A DNA stretch of 60,839 bases from an uncultured Pseudomonadales bacterium (GCA_964555515.1 CAZKSJ010000001.1:11421-72259); one strand, 5' to 3'; shown: positions 7,800 through 17,791, counted from the first letter of the stretch. The notes: a model not told the origin generated them from the sequence alone. Numbers and translations are program-made.

Positions 7800-10087
7800 G
7801 ACTCCTCTACCTTCTGAATGGTGATGCGGCTGGTATCTCCTGGAATTTTACCCAATAATTGACCTGACCAGGTGGGATAAAACACAAACGACACCTGAGT
7901 AATATAGCTTCTGCCCTGCAAAATAGATTGTGCCTCTTTGACTGGCTTACCAACGATATCCTCTTTGAGCTGTTGTTCATCAATCTTAGGTTTTGCCTTG
8001 GTCGTAACATTAGCAGTTAACGAAATCGGCTTATCGTCGCTGCTTTCTTCATTAGGACTGGAGAGAATTTGTGGCTCCTCACTGCCAATTTCGTAACCCT
8101 CTGGCACTTCTGAGGTCAATAGGGCAATAGCAATTGGCTGCAAATCAACGCTTTGATAAGACAAAGCGGTTACTGTCGCTCCCACGGTGGTGGTCAAGGT
8201 ATCAGCTTCAATTTCTAACTCAGCCGAATGGCTAACTTCTTCAACGCTGATTTGATCGGTGGAAAGAATATAAGTACCTTGACCAGATTCTTTGGCAAAT
8301 AAGGCATTTGCTTGTTCAAGAATTTCCTCTTTAGCCTTCTTGACTGCTGCAGTCACGTCTTCCTCTGCCACAACTCTGACTTCTCGGCTGGAGCCACCTG
8401 TAAAAGTTTCTTCAGACAATGCTGAATAGGTATTTCGATCAAAATCACCGACATTTAATTCCTTATCCTTCTCAATGTTGCCTTCTACTCCAATCACGTA
8501 AGCGGTCACATTGACACTTTGTTCTCCGTACTCAGTTTTTTTGCTGCTGGAGCTCTCCTCTACTGTTGCCGCTGGTACAGTCACCTCATCGTTAGTAGTA
8601 AATTGAATTTCTCCTAAACTCACGACTGTTTCTTTGGGAAAAGTTTTTTCGGCTTCCGTTTTATTAAATATCTTGACCTTGCCAACAGCTTTGTCGCCCA
8701 CAATTTTAATGCCGGTCGTGTCAATCGTCACATCTTTAGAAATTGATTTCGTGACTTGACTGGCTGGAATCACTTTATTCTCTGGATCACTCTCGGATGC
8801 GTTGGGGTCTAGAGTCAACTCAACCTCTTTGGAAACAGTTAAATTTTTGGGGACAATCACCGCGGTGACTTGGGATAAATAAACTGTGTAAAATATGCCC
8901 AACACCAAGACCGCAATCAAGCCGGCAATCACACCACCAATCATGAATATTTTTGGATTGTATTTTCGTTTTTTTAATCGCCCGTGCCCAACCACACCAT
9001 CCCTCAACACTCTTCCGGTTTTGACATGCCTGGGTGAATCTAAATCATCATCCTCTTCTGTTTCAAATAAATTGGACTTTATCGGAACTCCAAACGAACT
9101 TACCTGGGTAAGATTAGAATCTGATAGTTCACTGGACTTGGTCATGACAGCTCTTTCTTTCAAATCTGAATCATCTTGAGCAAACTCTTTGGCTAATTCT
9201 GGATTATTTTTACTATCCGTTTCACCATCCACCACTTGCCCCTTTACCTCAGAGCTTAACTCTTGCTCTGTCTGATCGGCGACTAGTGCGGCTGCCGCTA
9301 CTGAATCTTTTGGCGACCGCTGGCCTGCATTTGTCCCAAACTGAACTGCTAATGCTAAGCCTGCTTGTTGAGCAATCAAAGAAATTGCCAACTCAGGCCT
9401 CATCACATCAACAGTTGGTGTCTGCACAAAAGGAATTGTGTCTGGCCACTCTGCTCCCAAGAGTTGCTGTTGATATTCACTTAATTCGCCCTCAGCGTGC
9501 ACAAAAGAAGCACAGACAATTCTGGCGGGTAGATAAGTGCCCTGATGATGGCTGATATATCTTGACAAGGCTTCGGTGACGTCCGCGGTAACATCATCAG
9601 ATCTGCCTACGGTTTCTGTAAATACCACCTTACCTTGGATAATCACTAAAACCGTCATGTTTTTGTTAGCAAAACTCAAAAGAATGGCAGAAAAGTGGGT
9701 GTGTTGGCTAATATAATGTTGATATAACGCCTCTGTTTGCAGCACAAAGCCCATCGGCTGAAGTGATAGGTCTGTCGTAATTTGCTGCAGCAATTCCTTT
9801 TTGTCTTCTGATATTTGTTCACCCACCACCCAGTTGTCTTGCAATCCAAACAAGACTTCACTCACGTTTTCCGATCCTTTTCCCAAATCCTGTAAAGTTT
9901 CGTCTGTCCGCAAGATTGCATCTGCAGCAGTCGTATAGCTTTTAATAACCGAGCGCTTCATGATTCTGGTGGAATGCATCGAAACACTCAGTAATAATGA
10001 CTGAACTGTGGCATCAGTCAGGAGTACGCAAATCACCAGCTTCTTTTCAACTTCAGTTTGAGTGGTAAAGAGATTGGGCAAGTCCAT
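7796..10087 (-). CDS. Large bitopic protein: cytoplasmic domain, acidic linker, TM helix, extracellular beta-rich domain (baseplate-J-like by recollection)
   Basis: 763-aa ORF with a single TM helix, IFMIGGVIAGLIAVLVLGIFYTVYL. The C-terminal half has a pattern like GDKAVGKVKIFNKTEAEKTFPKETVV...VTVPAA. Translationally coupled to the sortase. Function not established. Confidence 0.5.
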   Translation of the reverse strand: MDLPNLFTTQTEVEKKLVICVLLTDATVQSLLLSVSMHSTRIMKRSVIKSYTTAADAILRTDETLQDLGKGSENVSEVLFGLQDNWVVGEQISEDKKELLQQITTDLSLQPMGFVLQTEALYQHYISQHTHFSAILLSFANKNMTVLVIIQGKVVFTETVGRSDDVTADVTEALSRYISHHQGTYLPARIVCASFVHAEGELSEYQQQLLGAEWPDTIPFVQTPTVDVMRPELAISLIAQQAGLALAVQFGTNAGQRSPKDSVAAAALVADQTEQELSSEVKGQVVDGETDSKNNPELAKEFAQDDSDLKERAVMTKSSELSDSNLTQVSSFGVPIKSNLFETEEDDDLDSPRHVKTGRVLRDGVVGHGRLKKRKYNPKIFMIGGVIAGLIAVLVLGIFYTVYLSQVTAVIVPKNLTVSKEVELTLDPNASESDPENKVIPASQVTKSISKDVTIDTTGIKIVGDKAVGKVKIFNKTEAEKTFPKETVVSLGEIQFTTNDEVTVPAATVEESSSSKKTEYGEQSVNVTAYVIGVEGNIEKDKELNVGDFDRNTYSALSEETFTGGSSREVRVVAEEDVTAAVKKAKEEILEQANALFAKESGQGTYILSTDQISVEEVSHSAELEIEADTLTTTVGATVTALSYQSVDLQPIAIALLTSEVPEGYEIGSEEPQILSSPNEESSDDKPISLTANVTTKAKPKIDEQQLKEDIVGKPVKEAQSILQGRSYITQVSFVFYPTWSGQLLGKIPGDTSRITIQKVEES

Positions 10088-10243
10088 AATAATATCGGCG
10101 ATAGTTTACACACCGCTCACCCTCCATTAAAGCAAATTTTTGTCAAGAAGACTAGGGGTTGAATTTTTGATAAATCTTGAGGGAATATCAAAAAGAGCTT
10201 GCATGGACGAGTTTTAGATGATGAATTGAGAAGCTGTGATCTG

Positions 10244-12139
10244 TTACTGCAGATAAATGCGGCGGGTGCCGGCGGCCACCGCTTGTTCTTTTTGCAAAGT
10301 TAGTGAACCAATCTCGCCAGTCCGCGTCACATGCGGCCCACCGCAGACCTCTTTTGAAATCCAGCCTTGATCAGGATCTTCACCAATCGTGTAGACCGTC
10401 ACTTGTTCAGGATATCTCTCCACAAAAAACGCCACCGCACCCGATTTGAGAGCTTGTTCCTTACTCATTTCTTGACGATGAACAGGCAAATCAGCTTTAA
10501 TCCAAGCATTCACCAGCTCGATCACGGTTTGTTTTTCACTTTCAGTCAACGCCCGGTCACAAGAAAAATCAAATCTCAATCGGTCGTGAGTAATATTTGA
10601 GCCTTTTTGTTGCACCCCAGATCCCAGAGTTTTTCGCAGGGCAGCATGCAACAGGTGAGTGGCAGTGTGATACTTGACACTCTGTTGCTCTGCATCCTGT
10701 AAACCACCTTTAAATTTTTTGACTGACCCCTGCCTGGATTGTTCAGCATGCTTGGCTTTTAAGCGATCAAACTCGACCATAAATCTGGCTTCTTCATACT
10801 CCAAAGGAAGCTGGTGTTCGTCAGCAACAGCAATGCTCGTTTCAACAGCTGTGCCATATGTCTGATACATGTCAAAGGCATCTACTGCAAGCAGAGTTTG
10901 TGAGCTGGCAGCCGCCAGTCTTTTCACCCACTCTTTTCTTCCCCTCTCAAGTGTTTGCTCAAACTTAGCTTTTTCCTCAGCAATTAGATCTCTGATAATT
11001 GTTGCTTGATGAGTAACTTCTGGATAGGCATCGGCATAAATGTCCGCTACCTTGTCAACCAAGTTAGTCAAAAATGGCGTTTTGATTCCCAGCATCTTGC
11101 CGTGTCTAATCGCTCGCCGCAGCAGCCGGCGCACAAAATAACCCTGTTCTTTATTGGCAGGGATAACTCCATCTGCCATGAGCATGATGGCGGCACGGGC
11201 ATGATCAGCGATAATTCGAAATGATTTGGTGTCATCCTGCTCGGTTGAATATGATTTGCCAGAGACTTTAACAAGCTCTTCTATCAACGGCCAAAATAGA
11301 TCACTTTGAAATACATCTGGATTATTATTTTTTGCAACCAATATTCTCTCTAGACCACCGCCAAAATCGACATTTTTTTGAGGCAGTTCCACAAATTTGC
11401 CATCTGCGGTTTTCAAGTACTGCATAAATACCGAGTTCGCAATCTCTAAAAACCGACCACAATCGCAATTAACGTGGCAAGGTTGATCAGCAAATAGGGA
11501 CTGGTCGTGTAACTTCAAATCTGCACCAAAATCATAAAAGACTTCGCTGTCTGGGCCGCCCGGCTCGCCGGGCGGCATTTGATCTGGATCGCCGGCTCGA
11601 GACCACCAATTTTTTGATTGGCCGTAGTAGAAAATTCGGCCACCTTGTAAACCCTGCTGCTCGGGATTGGTGATAACTGGAGCAGTAATACCCCTTGCCG
11701 CAAACAGCTCTTGCCAAATCTGCACAGACTCAACATCCCCAGCAATCTCAAACTTTTCTGCACCGTTAAAAACTGTCACGAACAGCCTTTTTGGATCAAG
11801 GCCAACTTCATCAACCAAAAATTCAAACAGCCATTTCAGCTGGGCCTCTTTAAAGTAATCTCCCAAAGACCAATTGCCCAACATTTCAAAAAAAGTAGTG
11901 TGGCGATTATCACCAACTTCTTCAATATCCTGTGATCGGAAACATTTCTGGCTATCAGCAATTCTTTTTCCCTCTGGGTGATTTTCCCCCAGTAAATAGG
12001 GTAACATCGGTTGCATCCCAGACCCAGTAAATAAAGTGGTGGGATCATTTTCTGGCACCAAACTCGCCGAAGGCACGATGGTATGTCCGTTTTTATGGAA
12101 AAATTTTAAATATTTTGAGCGAAGTTGATATCCTGTCAT
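10244..12139 (-). CDS. alaS: Alanine--tRNA ligase, short form ending after the editing domain
   Basis: FFHKNGHTIVPSASLVPENDPTTLFTGSGMQP, RHTTFFEMLGNWSLGDYFK, and editing-domain Zn motifs HTATHLLHAALR and CGGPHV. Start placed at the ATG at 12139 (MTGYQLRSKYL). Confidence 0.9.
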   Translation of the reverse strand: MTGYQLRSKYLKFFHKNGHTIVPSASLVPENDPTTLFTGSGMQPMLPYLLGENHPEGKRIADSQKCFRSQDIEEVGDNRHTTFFEMLGNWSLGDYFKEAQLKWLFEFLVDEVGLDPKRLFVTVFNGAEKFEIAGDVESVQIWQELFAARGITAPVITNPEQQGLQGGRIFYYGQSKNWWSRAGDPDQMPPGEPGGPDSEVFYDFGADLKLHDQSLFADQPCHVNCDCGRFLEIANSVFMQYLKTADGKFVELPQKNVDFGGGLERILVAKNNNPDVFQSDLFWPLIEELVKVSGKSYSTEQDDTKSFRIIADHARAAIMLMADGVIPANKEQGYFVRRLLRRAIRHGKMLGIKTPFLTNLVDKVADIYADAYPEVTHQATIIRDLIAEEKAKFEQTLERGRKEWVKRLAAASSQTLLAVDAFDMYQTYGTAVETSIAVADEHQLPLEYEEARFMVEFDRLKAKHAEQSRQGSVKKFKGGLQDAEQQSVKYHTATHLLHAALRKTLGSGVQQKGSNITHDRLRFDFSCDRALTESEKQTVIELVNAWIKADLPVHRQEMSKEQALKSGAVAFFVERYPEQVTVYTIGEDPDQGWISKEVCGGPHVTRTGEIGSLTLQKEQAVAAGTRRIYLQ

Positions 12140-12201
12140 CTTGGCTGCAATTGTACCAGCAACCCGCCAAGATTTGCAGTGGCCAGCAGAGAGGAACAAT
12201 T

Positions 12202-12540
12202 TTACTTGGTATTTTTAAACTTGGGAGACTTGGTGGCTGTTTTTGCTGAGGTATTCTGCTTGGGTCTGTTTGCTACTCTTGGTTTAGAGGAACTGTCCTG
12301 TTGGTTTAAATCTGAATCAACCCAGATTGATTCAAAGAAGTGCTTAATCGCGCCCCGAAGTGTGTCAGGATAAGCCTGTTTTTCTGATTCAGGAATAGTC
12401 GCATATGCCTGTTCGAACTCCTCTCGAATTTGACGACGAACCTTAGCACCATCCTTGGTAGCGTACAAATAAAATCCGCAAGCACCAGCAACCATACCGA
12501 GCGTAAAACCAGTGATAAATCCATTCGAGTTATTAGGCAT
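12202..12540 (-). CDS. YtxH-like small membrane-associated protein
   Basis: N-terminal Gly-rich hydrophobic segment GFITGFTLGMVAGACGFYLYATKDGAKVRRQIREEFE, typical of YtxH. Overlaps the upstream gene by 8 nt. Confidence 0.55.
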   Translation of the reverse strand: MPNNSNGFITGFTLGMVAGACGFYLYATKDGAKVRRQIREEFEQAYATIPESEKQAYPDTLRGAIKHFFESIWVDSDLNQQDSSSKPRVANRPKQNTSAKTATKSPKFKNTK

Positions 12541-12802
12541 TGCTTTTTCGATTCAAAAATCCCAAAAATGACTCAAAAACCCGATAACCAGCTTTCAAAC
12601 CAGAAAAGGTATTAGAAATGTTGCTGATTGGTACCTGCAGCGCCCTCAACTGAGTTTCGGCTACATCAATTGTGGAGTTGATTCTACTTAAAGTTTTTCT
12701 GACCTCAATTAAAACCAATAACAACTGAATGCCAACCACTCCCACGATAATCGCGAGTAAAACTAAGACTATGGCAAATATTATTGGTAAAGCAGCCTCC
12801 AT
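12533..12802 (-). CDS. DUF948-like membrane protein
   Basis: A single N-terminal TM helix followed by a coiled segment (LIEVRKTLSRINSTIDVAETQL). DUF948 and YtxH adjacency is common in Gram-positive bacteria. Confidence 0.5.
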   Translation of the reverse strand: MEAALPIIFAIVLVLLAIIVGVVGIQLLLVLIEVRKTLSRINSTIDVAETQLRALQVPISNISNTFSGLKAGYRVFESFLGFLNRKSNA

Positions 12803-12868
12803 ACTTCCTTTCTTTCACGTCCTCTAACATCCTATACCCATGAGTAACTAAATGTAAACCATAAATCA

Positions 12869-13513
12869 TTAAAAAGAAACCTGCACTTGCCTGACTACTG
12901 TCGTGGTACGTTCTTTATCGTCAACAGCTTGAATTTCCAAACTTTTTAAGCCTTCTGATTGAAAAATTAATTCATACTCAAAACCACCATCGGGTTGGAT
13001 GGCCACAGGCTGTCCATTGACTAACAACCGCACATCCAGCTCGGTCTCACCAGTGACAATCATTGCTGGACCAACCGCCTCCAGTTGTTGCGGAGCGGTC
13101 ACTATTAATTCTGGCGGTTGTTGTGATTGCCACCACTGCACAAATATATAGAGTAAAACGGTGCAAAATATTAAGCCAATTGTTAACACGGCTAGCCTCA
13201 AAGGTCTGTTGCGGCGCCTTTTTTTTAATATTGGTGACAAGAATTCTCTCGGTACTAGTTTGCCTTTTGAACTTTCCTTGTAATCTCTCCTTAGGATGGC
13301 CAGTACTGGTTGGGGATCAAAATCAAACAACTGGGCATAATTCCTAATATATCCTTTAACAAAAGTAGTTGCAGGTAATTTCTCAAACAGATTTGATTCC
13401 AGAGCCTCAAGGTATTCCTGGCGAATTCTGGTACGTTTAGCCAACTCCAATAATGAAAACCGATGAGCTAGCCGCTCATCTTTCAAAATGTCACCAACTG
13501 TGCGTTGCTTCAT
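12869..13513 (-). CDS. RodZ-like HTH (XRE-type) membrane protein
   Basis: N-terminal HTH GDILKDERLAHRFSLLELAKRTRIRQEYLEALE and KGYIRNYAQLF, a central TM helix, and a C-terminal extracytoplasmic beta domain. Confidence 0.7.
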   Translation of the reverse strand: MKQRTVGDILKDERLAHRFSLLELAKRTRIRQEYLEALESNLFEKLPATTFVKGYIRNYAQLFDFDPQPVLAILRRDYKESSKGKLVPREFLSPILKKRRRNRPLRLAVLTIGLIFCTVLLYIFVQWWQSQQPPELIVTAPQQLEAVGPAMIVTGETELDVRLLVNGQPVAIQPDGGFEYELIFQSEGLKSLEIQAVDDKERTTTVVRQVQVSF

Positions 13514-13544
13514 AACAGGTTGTCAAACAAGTTTTTTGCAGTGG

Positions 13545-13982
13545 TTATTGACTGAGTTGGCGTTTTACCTCCGCTGCAATCCTGGCGCCATCAGCTTGAC
13601 CTGCAGTGAGTTTATTGACTGCCCCAATTACTTGGCCTAATCCAGCATTAGGCATCTCTTCAATCGTCTTTGCAACCATTGCCTGCAGTTCTTCATCAGA
13701 GATTTGTTTTGGCAAGTATGTCTCTAGAACTTTGACTTGAGCAGTTTCCTCATCGACAAGATCTTGTCTTCCCGCTTGCCGATATTGAGCAATCACTTCA
13801 TTCTGTTGTTTGACCTGTTTAGCGATGGCTTTCTGAGCCTCATCGTCAGTCAACGGCTCACCTTTATCAATCGCCAAATTCTTGAGTTGAGACAACATGA
13901 ATCGAATCGTGTCTAATCTAACTTGATCACGACTCTTCATCGCTAATTTCATATCATTGGTTAAATCAGCTTGTAAAGCCAT
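13545..13982 (-). CDS. GatB/YqeY domain protein
   Basis: LTNDMKLAMKSRDQVRLDTIRFMLSQLKN, ETYLPKQISDEEL and a GARIAAEVKRQL tail. Start placed at the ATG at 13982, which is preceded by AGGAGGA. Confidence 0.8.
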   Translation of the reverse strand: MALQADLTNDMKLAMKSRDQVRLDTIRFMLSQLKNLAIDKGEPLTDDEAQKAIAKQVKQQNEVIAQYRQAGRQDLVDEETAQVKVLETYLPKQISDEELQAMVAKTIEEMPNAGLGQVIGAVNKLTAGQADGARIAAEVKRQLSQ

Positions 13983-14155
13983 ATTCCTCCTTTGCTCTGC
14001 GTGTATTGTACTAGATGCGACAGGAAAAATGATCCACTGCATAGTTGCTCTGACTTCCAACAATGTGTAAGAACCTAAACTTCACAAGACAGGTAGCCTA
14101 AACAAGATGTTTCACAGCTCTAGTACAAAAAGTTCTTAAATCCAGTTTAAGATTT

Positions 14156-14947
14156 TTAAACTCCGTAGAGGGCATCTGAGAATTGCCAGAATGCGTCGTT
14201 GCCGCCCAATTTGGCAACACATTCTGAAGCTTCAGCTGCTTTTTGAGCACTAGCATGAAAGCCCAATGGATAGTGGCGGTAGACCCATGCCACATCTTCA
14301 CCGTATTCATCAATTACTTGCAACATGGTGGGGTGAAATCTCTGACAAAATGGGCACTCAAAATCTGAGTACTCAACTAAAATCACTTTGGCATTAACAT
14401 CCCCCCGGATGTTGTCTTCCGCGGTAACTGGCGCCATACTTGCCAGCAGTTCATCAGCCTCTCCATTCTGACCATCAACTAAGTATTTATCCAACATGGT
14501 CTTCACCTCAGTGAAAGGCAGAGCTCCTGGAATTGTTTCAGTTGGCACGCCATTGACCACAACTACTACCGAAGGTGTGCCGCTTACCCCAATGGCAGTG
14601 CCGTTTTCTAACTGTTCAGTCACTACACTTGTCATTTCGCCTGAGTCAATACACGCCTGCACATCTGCTGCATTCAAACCAGCTGCCTCGGCGGTGGCCA
14701 CCAACGTGGGAATGCTTAAATCAATTCCTTCTGCTGCCGTAGGAGCCGCTTCTTGATCTCCGGCGACTGCTCCAGCTTGAGCAGTGGGCGAAGTTGCACC
14801 GCGTTTTAACATGTTGCGTTCTGTCCATACTGACCCAAAAAAGAAGCCGCCTAAAAAGAATAGACCGACGATGACGATTAGCCCAAAATTATTTTTGAGA
14901 AAGCCCGTAGTTGATGCTGCCGAATACGTACTATTTTGTGTAGACAT
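14156..14947 (-). CDS. Membrane-anchored DsbA-family thiol:disulfide oxidoreductase
   Basis: N-terminal TM helix, an Ala/Thr-rich linker, and a thioredoxin fold with the active site EYSDFECPFCQRFHP (CxxC). Confidence 0.8.
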   Translation of the reverse strand: MSTQNSTYSAASTTGFLKNNFGLIVIVGLFFLGGFFFGSVWTERNMLKRGATSPTAQAGAVAGDQEAAPTAAEGIDLSIPTLVATAEAAGLNAADVQACIDSGEMTSVVTEQLENGTAIGVSGTPSVVVVVNGVPTETIPGALPFTEVKTMLDKYLVDGQNGEADELLASMAPVTAEDNIRGDVNAKVILVEYSDFECPFCQRFHPTMLQVIDEYGEDVAWVYRHYPLGFHASAQKAAEASECVAKLGGNDAFWQFSDALYGV

Positions 14948-15035
14948 ATAATTTACTCCCTTTTTTACGTCGTTATGTTATACAAGCAGACCCACTGAAA
15001 AACAAGCCGCAACGCGGGCAGGATATAATCATTGG

Positions 15036-15803
15036 ATGACTCAAAATCGTCACCTCAATCCCTATGAACAAACACAGCTAGCTCGTTATGGTCAGCGCCA
15101 TGATTTTAAGGGAGATGTCACCTCTGCTCCTATTGAGTACATCACAGGCAATGTTGAGTTCTGTGGTCTGGTTTTTCAAATTGACGAGCGAGCACTAATT
15201 CCCAGAATTGAAACTGAACAGCTTGTTGATTTAACTTTAAAAGCTATTCGCGAAAAGATTGCCCGCTCACACCATATGCCGTTGGTCATTGCTGATATCG
15301 GAACCGGCGGCGGTGCCATTGCAATCAGCTTAGCCAAGCAACTCGCTAATTACAAAGAATTAATAAACCTGATCGCCACCGATATTTCTCAGGAGGCGTT
15401 GGAGTTGGCAAAACTCAATGCTCAACGCTTGTTGGCCAATCATGAGCCCTCAATAAAATTCATCCTCAGTGACTTATTGCAGGCTGTTCCCAAGCGGAAA
15501 CTTGATGTGATTGTGGCCAATTTGCCCTACATCCCCACCAGCTATCTGCAAGCATTGGATGATTCGGTGATAAAACACGAGCCACACCTCGCTTTAGACG
15601 GTGGTGACGAAGGATTGGACTGGATTGCGCACTTGTTAGACCAAGCCCCTAACTACCTCAAACCAGATGGCACACTACTGCTCGAAATCAATCACACCCA
15701 TTGGTTATCTGATTTTCAGCCTTGGCAGAAAAGATTTGATCTGACTATTTTGCCAGACGAAAACGGAGCCAATCGCTACTTGATTGCCAACTTAAAATCT
15801 TAA
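15036..15803 (+). CDS. prmC: Class I SAM-dependent methyltransferase, PrmC/HemK-like (release-factor glutamine MTase)
   Basis: SAM motif IADIGTGGGAIA, a catalytic-loop variant VANLPYIP (NPPY-like), and HEPHLALDGGDEGL. Confidence 0.65.
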   Translation: MTQNRHLNPYEQTQLARYGQRHDFKGDVTSAPIEYITGNVEFCGLVFQIDERALIPRIETEQLVDLTLKAIREKIARSHHMPLVIADIGTGGGAIAISLAKQLANYKELINLIATDISQEALELAKLNAQRLLANHEPSIKFILSDLLQAVPKRKLDVIVANLPYIPTSYLQALDDSVIKHEPHLALDGGDEGLDWIAHLLDQAPNYLKPDGTLLLEINHTHWLSDFQPWQKRFDLTILPDENGANRYLIANLKS

Positions 15804-15860
15804 AACCAAGGTGTGTCTACTACTCTTGTTAATTAAACTCAACTCGCGTATTGTTTTGTT

Positions 15861-16826
15861 ATGTTTTCTGTTTCAACCACTGTATTCTCCGGGTTTCTAG
15901 GTTCGGGCAAAACCACTATTATTTCCCATTTGATCGAGGTTGAACAACTTCAAGGCCAACAAATAATTTACATCAAAAATGAGATTGGCGATGAAAATAT
16001 CGATGCCCAACTGATGAAAGGCAAAAACATTGCCTCCAAAGAACTCCTAAACGGTTGCATCTGTTGTACTCTGGTTGGTCCGTTCATTCAGGCTATTGAT
16101 GAACTGATCGATCAATACCACCCAGATAGGATTATTATTGAGGCCTCGGGCGTGGCCGACCCAGCCGCCATTGCATTAATGATTGATTCACACCCCAAAT
16201 TAAATCGAGATGGGGTGATTAGCATCATTGACGTCACTAATTTTGAAGGTTATCAGGATTTGAGTCAAACTGCCAAAAATCAAACTAAGTTCACTGACTT
16301 AATTGTCTTTAATAAAATTGAACTGGCAGATTTGCACACCAAACAGGTGGTGGTAGGTTACGTGCGTGAACTCAATGACTACTCCCCAATTGTTGAAGCT
16401 CCAGGAGGAATCCTAGATCCAAGCGTTGCCTTTGGATTAACTCACGCTCAACTCCAGCAGCTTGATCAAATTCTTGATCAAGCTGGCTATTCTCCAGACA
16501 GCTCTCACCACAACTCGACTACTTCCCACCATCTTGAAGATGATGGGCTTGAGTCTTTTTCCATCAATCTCCCAAAAATGAGTCAAGACGCTTTGGATCA
16601 ATTCCTACAAAACCTACCTGGCGCGGTTTATCGGGCGAAAGGAATTTGCCAAGCAGGCCCAGACCTTATCCTGATCAATAAAGTGGGCAACCGCATTGAC
16701 TTGACACCCATCTCGTCTGCCGTGATCACAAACTCAAAATCTGTTCTTGTCCTAATTGGTTTTAGAATCAAGCAGTATCGAACTAAAATCACAGATCAAT
16801 TGACTAATTTACCCAAGGAATCGTAA
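15861..16826 (+). CDS. COG0523/CobW-family GTPase metallochaperone
   Basis: P-loop GFLGSGKTT, metal motif GCICCT, a His-rich linker SSHHNSTTSHHLEDD, and a CobW_C-like tail. Confidence 0.8.
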   Translation: MFSVSTTVFSGFLGSGKTTIISHLIEVEQLQGQQIIYIKNEIGDENIDAQLMKGKNIASKELLNGCICCTLVGPFIQAIDELIDQYHPDRIIIEASGVADPAAIALMIDSHPKLNRDGVISIIDVTNFEGYQDLSQTAKNQTKFTDLIVFNKIELADLHTKQVVVGYVRELNDYSPIVEAPGGILDPSVAFGLTHAQLQQLDQILDQAGYSPDSSHHNSTTSHHLEDDGLESFSINLPKMSQDALDQFLQNLPGAVYRAKGICQAGPDLILINKVGNRIDLTPISSAVITNSKSVLVLIGFRIKQYRTKITDQLTNLPKES

Positions 16827-16915
16827 TTTAATTTCTTGTTTAACCAACTAAAATCAATATCAAAATGGTTAAGTTGAGTTTATCTAGCCTAGTTAACGAT
16901 CAATCGATTTGGATG

Positions 16916-17791
16916 CTAAAGCAACGTGCTATTTTCTGCCAAATCGGTGACACCATCTGTAGCTGGAAGATAATAGACGTCTTGGTTATAAGACCCGGTT
17001 CCCACAAAAATTGCGTCGCCACGCACAATTGCCTCCAAAGGCCGGCAAGCACGACAACCCTTTTCTCCATGTGGGCACTTGAAAATATTAAGCTTACGCT
17101 GCACTTTGATTTTTTTGGCAATCGTCAACACTTCATCTTCTGCTTGTTGTAGATCTGGCAGCACTTGCTCTTGAGGCACATCGCTTTCGGCTAGGTACCA
17201 ATAGCTCACTCTCGCCACATCACGGTGCTGAGTGTTGTGCACCAACAGGTGATAAATTGGCAACTGCAACGAACTGTCATTCTCTTTGTACTTGCCGGTC
17301 TTAAAATCAATGATGTGCACCGCATCCTGATCAGGCAAGTATTCCAGCCAATCAATTTTGCCACACAAAATAATTTCATCTTGTTCAGAGAGCCAATAGT
17401 GGGGTAAGTCGCCACTAATCTTGACTGCTAAGTTTTTGAGAGGTCCAGGATTTGCCATGACGCGGCGCAGCATATCTGCGCCGCGCTGCTTATACTCAGT
17501 TTCTTGAGCTGATGAAGTAAAACCTCCCTGTTTTCCGCTTACGGCTGACCAAGCATTTTCAAAACGCTTGATTAAGGATTCACGAAATCGTTCTTCAGTA
17601 GGTAGCACCGACAAAGACTCTACTACTTGATGGACAATCTGCCCCAAAGCGAGCGGAGGAGAAATCAGCTGAATTTTATGACGAGTGCGCGGGTCACGAT
17701 AAATGTTATTCAAGTAATACGCTCTCGGGCAACTCAAAAAATCATTAATGCTGGAATGAGAGACCCAAGTGGCAGCATATTTATCGCTCAT
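16916..17791 (-). CDS. PD-(D/E)XK nuclease, Cas4/AddB-like with Cys cluster
   Basis: An N-terminal Cys (FLSCPRAYYL), the core GKIDWLEY...IIDFKTGK, LQLPIYHLL (QxxxY-like), and a C-terminal CPHGEKGCRACRP. Confidence 0.65.
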   Translation of the reverse strand: MSDKYAATWVSHSSINDFLSCPRAYYLNNIYRDPRTRHKIQLISPPLALGQIVHQVVESLSVLPTEERFRESLIKRFENAWSAVSGKQGGFTSSAQETEYKQRGADMLRRVMANPGPLKNLAVKISGDLPHYWLSEQDEIILCGKIDWLEYLPDQDAVHIIDFKTGKYKENDSSLQLPIYHLLVHNTQHRDVARVSYWYLAESDVPQEQVLPDLQQAEDEVLTIAKKIKVQRKLNIFKCPHGEKGCRACRPLEAIVRGDAIFVGTGSYNQDVYYLPATDGVTDLAENSTLL

